This document shows, in pieces, positions 53,140 through 64,000 of a stretch of DNA of 64,000 nucleotides. The notes under the pieces were generated by a model. That model did not search any database and had not been told where the DNA came from. It saw only the letters and a list, made by a program, of their open reading frames with translations. Both the position numbers and the translations under genes were made by a program. How positions within the stretch are numbered: position 1 is the stretch's first letter; each line of letters opens with the position of its first letter. Source of the stretch: Octopus sinensis (Eukaryota); the NCBI RefSeq assembly GCF_006345805.1, contig NC_043003.1, positions 112,344,001-112,408,000 of the forward strand, read 5' to 3'.

Positions 53140-53504
53140 TGGATGTATCATAATAAACGACCCTACCTCGTCTAGCCGAGCAGCTAACTGATCAACATCA
53201 ACGAAGCACATGGTGAGTTTACATATATTACATCCGGTAATGGCAGACTTTTACGTATTGCATTTCGGGAAAGAAAAGTTTTTTCGGAATAAAAATTTAG
53301 CAATTAAGGACAACTTAATAAGGAAAACTTAACAAGAAATTATCAGGTAGATAGCGTGAAAGACCTCATAAGAGAAAAAATTTCGAAAATAATTCTTTCT
53401 TATTGAACATATTAATTTATATATAGAGGGCATTATTATACATACAGGCCACACGCTAAGAGGGACAAAACTAGACAAAATTATATATATATATATATAT
53501 ATAA

Positions 53505-54170
53505 AGTTGTCTTTGTATCTACATTTTTCCAGTTCTCCCGTTTTGTTAGTGATTTTTCTCAAATGGGGATTTCTATTCTCGTATTTTCTATCATTTTGTA
53601 TATTTGTTTGCCATATTGGTTCCTTAGACTTTCATGTTCCTGAGTAGATCGAAGGAATGCTCTCTTTGGCTTGTCACTACAAAAGTTGCTCCATACATTT
53701 GTTCAGTTAAACTGGGTTTTTTTTCTATTTTATCATTAGCGCGGTAATGTGTGTGTGTGGGGGGGGTCATTAGCTCATAGGAAAACTTTCTATTTCTTTA
53801 TATTCTTTAATTGTCTGCAACTGTAAAATGTCATGTTCATGATCTCAACCTTCAGAATTTCCTGTTTTCTTAAATCTTCCTCATAACTTTTTCATGCATA
53901 ATTTTGTTTGCTTTGATTCAGATATGCTTTTTCTTACTCAGTATTCTGTAGTTTTGTTCAAGCTTAGCTCCATTCTGTTTTGTCGTTTACTTTGATTTGC
54001 ACGTATAAAGTCTATTTCCATGATGTTTCTTTTCAAAGAAATTGTTTTGTTTTATTTTGTTGTTTTCAATTTTTTATTTTCTTCATGAATTATTTTTTGA
54101 AGTTATTTAATTTTATTATTTGATCTGAATTATTTATTTCTTTAGATAATGTATTCTTAATTTAAAAAGT
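53505..54170 (-). mobile_element. Very decayed A-rich non-LTR fragment, possibly an R4/Dong N-terminal region
   Basis: Weak motif EPIWQTNIQN.. resembling PPWxxRLxxKI; strand-biased composition. Confidence 0.3.
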
Positions 54171-56099
54171 CTTTAAGGAATTGGCATGAACTTCTGATAG
54201 GCGGACATTTAAAACCAGATTTTGGATGCGTATATTAGTGATGTTTCTGTTGTGAAGAGAGAATGCAGGGCCCATGACATGTTACGGACATTTCTGACAT
54301 ATGGGAGGGAAGACGGAAGAAACCAGAAACATGGTTTTAATGTTTGCAACAGAGTGACATCATCCATGAAAGCTGACAGTTGGTGCAAATAATCCAGGCG
54401 ACGGGCTAAATCCACATTCACTTGGGCCATGACCCTATTTGAACTTAGAAGGTAAAGAACCGAAACATATATTTTAAGCTATTTTTATTATAGTTTTTAC
54501 AGATTTGCCAATTCAGTGCCTTTGATTAACAATTATTGATAAACCGTCAAATGATGAAAGACAAAGTAGACCGCGTTGGGATTTGAACTCAGATCGCAGA
54601 ATATCAGAACAGACACCGAAAATCAAACTATCCCTTATTCTAACAGTCTTAGACATAGCATTAGGCGACGCTTGAATGAAAGGAGATGAGACAGGTGTAG
54701 TAGTAAGATCTACTTGAAGGCCTTAGAAACTTGAAACGTGGTAGAGAGACGGAGAAAAAGGAACTAACAACAATAAAACAAGCGGTCCTGAAAGTTGCTT
54801 TTACAAGAACAACCCAGTTACCTCTTGAGGCGAAGCTTCGGTGAGGCTAAAATACTTAATCTCTTATTCAATACCAGCAGTCGACAGCCACTGGTCTCTT
54901 TTCTCCGGCTACATCCTGTAGTGCGTCCTTTTCTTTCAAATAAAACTGGTAACTAGTATGTTATCCAGCTATTATTTTGAGCAGAATTGCCAGTTGTAGC
55001 TTTGAGAGGAACAATCACTGATAGTCGGACATTGTATACTCAAAAAAATATTACAGGTGTTGCGCCAAACACTCATTCATATCAATATTTTATAGCGATG
55101 CATAGGAATATAAGAATGTAGCATGTGAAAATGCATTAAAAATGGTTTGGTCTTATTCAAACTTAGGCTGGCAAATTACGTCTTCCTGTTATGGCTTCGA
55201 AGTTTCACAAGTTATTTTTACCAGAATCATTGTGTGTAATACTGCTACATTTATTTTACTGCTATTTTAGCTACAGTATGTGGTTTTTGATTTCATTTCT
55301 TACCTTTCTCCCCGCCAAAAAATTTACCCTTTCTTCTTCGGAATTTATTCTCTCATTTGTAATTTTTTAATTATCTCCGAAATACTCATTATTCTCAGGG
55401 AAGCATTTTATTTCACAATGTTTTTATCGAAATTCCTTTACTTTGAGATTTTTATTATCATTATATTTCATGTGCATTGTTTTCCTTCTTGTTTTCTTCC
55501 GCTCGTATTTCTGCACCATAACATTGTTCTAGTGTAAGACTCGCTCTTTGGTATCTAATATACTCCAACATTTACATTTTATATTTCTTTACTCATTGTC
55601 TTTTTCTATTGAACTTTCTTTGATGTCTTCTTTTATTATGTGTGTAGGTTTCTTACTAGCATTTCCTGATGTTACTTTGGTTATTGCTAATACCTTTGAG
55701 AATCTCAGGAAACCCCTGTATATCACCTATGTTTCTTATTATTTCCTAACAAATTCTCTCACTCTCTTTCTACGCACGCAGCCATAAACACATATATAGA
55801 TGCATACGCACAAGCACACACGCACATACGCAAAAGCATGCGCACTTATAGATGCATGTAAATTTTGCTTTATTCTTTCTTTACCTTATTCACACAATAC
55901 CATTCTGTCTCCTCTTTTTCTTTTCACATCCTCTTCCACTTCGCTTTCTCTTTCTAGCGAGATATTTTCTGTTCTATTCTTTTTCCCTATTTCTTCCCTT
56001 TTTATTCTTAGCTGATTTTTTTATTTCTTGATATCGTTAACAGCAGTACTTTTACTCTCCTTACACACATACGTAGATACTTACAAATATACAATGCAC

Positions 56100-58262
<2,163 letters not shown>

Positions 58263-58299
58263 AGGTGCGAGTCAGAACAGGGTCACTTCGTCACTCTTT

Positions 58300-59030
58300 C
58301 AGACCATTTGTAGAGCATTGTTATCAAATTTTCAAATTTTCGCTTCCGTGAATATTTCATAACTCCAACACACTTCTCTCGTGTGTAGAAATTCCAAAAC
58401 CATTATACCTGCTAATGTGTTTCCATTTTCCTAATGAGATTAAGTTTTTGTTAATAATCTGCGTATATAATGCGTTTAAGTTGTGAATTGTGCTGTCATT
58501 GTTTGTATTTGGTAGTTTCTGATGGAATGATTTAGTCTTGTGCTGCAATTATGAAATACGTTAAGTCTTTCCTGCGCTCATTAATCTTAGTTGAGTGTTA
58601 TGTATTTAATCTTCCATTACTCTCCAATACTTACTCCGTCTCGTCTACTGTTAACCCTAACCCTCTTGGAGATTTTCTGGCGATAATCTTAGTACCATAT
58701 TGTGTAATCACATTTTCAGTAAAATTATTTGTGTACACTTATTAGTGTTGTTAAACTATCCTCCTTACAACTTGTATCTAAACAAACTTCTGGCTTATGT
58801 TTGTTGGTTTTTTTTAAACAGATAATATGTTTTCTTATTTGTTTATGTTCCGTACGTATTTGCATCAGTTTCCTTATATGTTTACTAAATAATTTTTGTA
58901 CTATAATTCATATTTCATACGCCTCTACTTCAAGACACACTTGCGGCATCGAATTCGTAGTAAATAAATTTCTGCGAAGGATGTTTTGTGCTTTATTCTG
59001 AATGTTGTGATATTTTCCTTCCCTGTTTTG
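58300..59030 (-). mobile_element. Ancient R4/Dong-like fragment
   Basis: The minus strand shows FIIAAQD* and a decayed RL..RK..RGLGL, in the same order as the 10581 ORF. Confidence 0.4.
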
Positions 59031-60084
59031 CCTACCTCAGTTCCGTTAGCAATCACTTGAAAATATTACGATTGTTAGCTATTACTGCACAGCTAGAATA
59101 TTGAAACCCGGCACGCCAGCTCTTGCCTTTAGCTCTATTTTCAATATTAATCTAGTACGTCTGAAATGAACGTATTTTTTTTAAATCCAATTCTTATGTA
59201 AAAGATCCCAGGTTCGATCCCACTACATTCCATCTTGGGCAAAATATCATTTTCTATAGTCTCAAGCGGCCGACTTATTCCATGTGAACGAAGCTAGGTA
59301 GGGATGGAAACTGTATAAGTTTTAAATAGAAAGTTTTGACACAGAGTCTGTCAGGCTGATTCTGCCCGAAAATGTTAATGATATATGTGTTTGTGGAATT
59401 CTCCCTGCCAGGTGGAAAGTAAATAATTCCATTGCTCGAGCAATAGAATCCATATCGTAGACTGATGCAGAGACACATCTACTAATTTGATCTGTATTTG
59501 TCGATCATTTCTGCACAAAATCCTTATTTTGATCTTCTAAAATCATTACCCCCAATCAAGTGATATTTTTCTTTCCTGTCGTATCTGCCAATTGCCATTT
59601 AAAACATTATTAATTACCTCTTCATTACTTACTTATAAAGCACCCATAATAAAATAACAGATCCTATTTAAGAAGAACTCATCTGCTTCCTTAATTACGT
59701 TTCTGTAACTCTATGCTTGATTTCCTTTCCTTAACATTGATGCTTCATCGGACATACAGTTCTTTTCTCTGTTCAACATTTTCAACGATGCTTTGGCACC
59801 TTTCATTGAAGTCAATTCTTTTACTGAATCTGTATAAAATATATGATAATAATGTAATAAAAAAGATATAAAATGTCTCCAATTATATACAACGTTCAAT
59901 TTCCTTTTGTCTATGCTAACATGTAGCTCCAGGTTCAATCCCATTGTGAGGCAAAATATAGAAGTCTATTCTATAGATTCGAGATGACTAATATATAACG
60001 AGTGGAATAAAATTGATGACATCTACGTCGAAGTCTGTCGTATGTGTGTTTGCATTGAAGGGCGTAGTTATGGGAGAGGAGAGT

Positions 60085-60464
60085 GGAGGCGCAATGGCCC
60101 AGTGGTTAGGGCAGCGGACTCGCGGTCGTAGGATCGCGGTTTCGATTCCCAGACCGGGCGTTGTGAGTGTTTATTGAGCGAAAACACCTACAGCTCCACG
60201 AGGCTCCGGCAGGGGGGTGGTGATCCCTGCTGTACTCTTTCACCACAACTTTCTCTCGCTCTTACTTCCTGTTTCTGTTGTACCTGTATTTCAAAGGGCC
60301 GGCCTTGTCACTCTCTGTGTCACGCTGAATATCCCGGAGAACTACGTTAAGGGTGCATGTGTCTTTGGAGTGCTCAGCCACTTACACGTTAATTTCACGA
60401 GCAGGCTGTTCCGTTGATTCGGATCAACCGGAACCATCGTCGTCGTAACCGACGGAGTGCTTCC
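60085..60464 (+). mobile_element. Full-length family-B tRNA-SINE
   Basis: tRNA-like head GGAGGCGCAATGGCCCAGTGGTTAGG..GGTTTCGATTCCC with A and B boxes; tail CGTCGTCGTAACCGACGGAGTGC shared with other copies. Confidence 0.9.
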
Positions 60465-61450
60465 CTCTATGGGATAGGAATTACAGCCGCCTCAGAGTGC
60501 AAGGGTGAAACATGCGAACTTTCTTCATGCTAATATGGAGGAACAAATTTTCTTTCCACTTAGTGGTGAGAACCCTTACTAGTACCACCTATATGTATAT
60601 ATTAATGCTTGTTTTTATGTGAAGCTGTTGCCAAAAATATTTAACTTTTCACTGAAGATATACTCAATCTTTTTTTACTGAGTAAATGATTGTTACAGTG
60701 ACTTCGAGGTTTCGGACGAAGGCTGACCGGTTGAAATTTGAAATCACCAACAACCTTCTTGTTAAAGCTGCGGTTTTCGTGTGTTTGTGTATGTGTGTGT
60801 GTATTTATATTTCACGAATATATAAAGTGGGGAAAACCGATTGAATCCAACATTCGCATGGATGTGTCTGTGGCATTTATTTCAGCCGACTTTCATAGAA
60901 AACCCATTATTACTCTCGCCGTCGGAAATGCTATGATTCAGTGATTGAGGTACTACTCAGAAATGTTTAAATGAAAAGTATAACTGATTAAATCAATCGT
61001 ATAGATAACTGTTAATTAGTTTCTTGATCCTGGAGCTATGAGAGAAAGTCAGAAGCTATCAGTTTCCTTCCTTGTTCATCTATCATGTTCAATAGATGAA
61101 TAATAACCAGGAATATACTTCAGATCAAGTTTTACACTTACAAATACCTGGCCATGTCAGAATTATAGAATTTATTATTCTAAGTGGAACGGTGTGGACA
61201 TAAATCTCATCTACTTCAGGAAATCTGGTAAGGCCCGTGTCATATCTCCTTTCAATCGACTTAACCAAACTAATAACGAATATCTAAGAAATGCTTGTCA
61301 ACCATTCATGCTTCTTCTAATTGTTTTAGGTGACTATACAGTCACGAGCAGTTATAGACTCCATCTAGACTTTCCGTGATAGGTGGAATGAGAGAGACAG
61401 AGAGAGAAAGAGAGAGAGAGAGAAAGAGCTTCTCCAGCAGATAGCTGGGA

Positions 61451-61689
61451 CAGTATTCCTTCACCATACCGCGGTTCACCTATCGCAGTTCACATATCGC
61501 TGTTTATTATTTAAGCTTACGTCGATTCCTCTGTGTGGTTGCTTTGCATTTATGTTAAAATAAATAAATGCAAATTATAAAAATGTTTTTTAAAATATTC
61601 AGTACTATAGTGTTACTACTTCGCAGATTTTCACCTATCGCGGGGGGGGGGGGGGTAACGTAACACCCGCGATATTTGAGGGATTACTG
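61451..61689. mobile_element. Tigger/pogo-like MITE
   Basis: Termini CAGTATTCCTTC and GAGGGATTACTG-TA, with subterminal ATCGCG/CGCGAT repeats. Confidence 0.7.
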
Positions 61690-62779
61690 TACTTATTTTC
61701 AGATGATGTTAATGGCAGTTGCGGGTGAGTATCAAATATTATTGGGTGTATCCCACTAAATCTCACTGCAAATAGGATGTAGTGGAGTGTTTTGTCGAGT
61801 TTTATAAAACATTGTATTGAATTTTAAATCCTTTTATGTATACATACGCAAACGGCAACGATATACTGAATGAATCATCAAGATATCAAACGAAATATTT
61901 CGTAGTATTTGTTTCGGTTCTTTACATTCTGACTTCAAATCACACCAATTTCAACTTCCTCTTTCATCGCTTCGACGTAGATAAAATGCAATAACAATCC
62001 AGTACTGGGCTCGATGGTAGCGAATAACCCTTTGCTCTATAAGGAAGGAGTCGAACATGAAAAATTCTTAGAGCGTCAGGAAATGCTCTGTGATTTTAGT
62101 CCCGGCCGTTTGCATTTTGAATCTATCTCCCCCGAATGTAAACTATGCATTTCACTCGCCTTGAGTCGATAAAATAAAATAGTGACAAGTTTTGATTTTT
62201 AATTAATTGTATTGACTAACCCCTTCTGCTTAAAGTATCTGTCCTCGTTCCTTAAATGAAACACCGATTTATAAATTCATGAGTATTTCTTAAAAAGGAG
62301 CACATAAAATGTCAGTAAGTAAAAGGCACTTTCTCTGTTACCGCGATTATTCGAGTTAGTCGATCGACTGAGCAATCTAAAAGTAGTACTATAGTGTAAG
62401 TGGCTGAGTATTCTACAGACACGTGTGCCCTTAATGTAATTCTGAATTAGAAACAAAGTAAAAAGTTGTTACTTCAAAATAAAATATAATTCATTCAAAG
62501 GGTTCCTACTTGATTTCTCTCAAACCTATATTTGTCAGAATGTTCGCGCCATCCCCAGACTGACAGAACGTACTTCTCTAACTGCCCCAGCCGCAGAATT
62601 GAACACAGGACCTCGTATTTAGACATTCAGCATTTTGAAGCCATTGCCCCACACAAATGCATATATACATGCTTGTGTACACACACGTACACACGAAAAT
62701 ATCCATACACATTAAAATATTTTTGACAAAGTGAAGGCAACATTTGGTGGTAACATATTTCTAGATTCTCGAAGTGATG

Positions 62780-63400
62780 GGTTTGGGGACACATACATTA
62801 ATGTCGTTAATCACGTGTAGGTGGGAAAGCGCAAAGGGTTTGTGTAAACCTTCCAAGAGCAATGAGATTGATGTCGATAACGTTCCTCATAAACTGTTTA
62901 CAAAACGATACCTGCAATTTACAATATGCACTTGGAGGGGTTTTCGCGGGCCGAGGGGCAGGAAAAGAATGACTGAGCGTAGGGAATAGGGCATTCAGGG
63001 GCACTGGCATGAGACCAACTAGATCCGAGGAAGAGGAGCCGTTTTAGTTGGGTAGAAAAAATCAAAACGAAGAAACAGCAAGCCAGTACACCAGAGGCCT
63101 TAATGAGTCTTTGAATGATATTACCTAAGCCAACCGGACGAATGACCGGTTTTAGATACACTAACTTTTCTGTGTATACAGTAGTAGGACCCTCCTAGGT
63201 AGGGAACGGAATGCCATTGCAGACTTCAAAGGAATTTTGAAAAGAGGTTCTAGTTATTGGAGGCTGAAGTGTTTTCTGGTGGTGAAGAGGAACATCAGTC
63301 GATGAGAAATAGACTCTGCTGTGTGATGTACGTTCTTCTGTGATAGTGAGGCATAGCATTCAAGGAGGCATAACTTTCAAAGTGATCGCTAGAATTTATT
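62780..63400 (-). mobile_element. Possible ancient LINE RT fragment
   Basis: KPVIRPVGLGNIIQRLIKAS loosely resembles the RT RPIxLxNxxxK motif; otherwise weak. Confidence 0.25.
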
Positions 63401-64000
63401 TGTGTTCTGCAACTATTAAAGGCGAGTAAATTGTTTAGGCGTTTTCTTCCTCATTCAGTGATTGTCGTTTTTACTGTTCAAGTAGACAAAATAAGCATAA
63501 TTCACTGGGGTATGACTTCATATCTTCGAATTTGCACATACATTGATTAGTTAAGAGGATTGTAGAAAATTAAGGAGAAATGGAGAGAAATATGTGCCTA
63601 ATCGCATGTCTTTTTTAGAGATGGTGAAAGTTAATTGATTTAAGAGGAGAAAGTTGTGTCGGCAAAAGCTGCAACTTGTGACGTATGAGAGCTTTAGCGT
63701 GTGGATTAGAAAACGCCCATCAGAATGTTCCTTCTCTTGATTGCTTAAGCTGACTAGTACACAGATACGACGGAAGAAAGTCGGAACAAGTCTATTATAG
63801 GTGGTTTGTTGTTATTGTTGATTTCTGTGTGAATCATTGAACGAAAACATACTTTCCATCGAGGTCAGCGACAATTCATTCTCCAATGTCTACCTAGGGA
63901 TAGCCTACCGATGAGTGCATAGAATAGTTATGAATGGTGATTATTGTGGGAAAAAGAGATTCGATATGTTAGAGAATTTCGTTGTCAATGATAACCCGCC

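Larger units (their letters stand above)
52521..53470 (-). mobile_element. Retrozyme-like tandem array: two 449-bp units plus a partial unit (about 50 bp), between (TA)n tracts
   Basis: GAGGGCATTATTA recurs at 52528, 52977 and 53426 (period 449). Units are about 95% identical by eye. No ORF; one hammerhead per full unit. Confidence 0.85.

Noticed and set aside
58650-58666. Telomere-like AACCCTAACCCT
   Set aside because: Only two units, inside a decayed LINE fragment.
60085-60160. tRNA gene (also the heads of the other SINEs)
   Set aside because: A and B boxes are present, but each head runs into a multi-copy SINE body and lacks a complete acceptor stem.

Overview
AT-rich, microsatellite-dense eukaryotic DNA with no supportable host protein-coding gene, rRNA, true tRNA or CRISPR array. 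The window looks intergenic or deep intronic. The tRNA-derived SINE families resemble those I know from Octopus, so a cephalopod origin is inferred but not proven. Content: three tRNA-SINE families; decayed DNA transposons (three mariner, one Tc1-type with DD36E spacing, several MITEs, a Helentron/HINE-like element); non-LTR fragments (R4/Dong-like RLE elements in (AAT)n tracts, RTE, L1/Tx1, CR1-like); a Penelope GIY-YIG remnant; a Gypsy gag/LTR fragment; and very long (TA)n-derived tracts. The most notable observation is a 449-bp tandem array at 52521-53470. Each full unit carries an identical, complete type I hammerhead ribozyme on the minus strand, which is the architecture of a retrozyme (a non-coding ribozyme retroelement that may yield a circular RNA). 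Also notable: a second, minimal Penelope-type hammerhead family present as an inverted pair (about 10.1 and 12.1 kb), and evidence that a young SINE inserts at a fixed site inside older copies of its own family. All alignments, folds and family assignments were done by eye and need computational confirmation.
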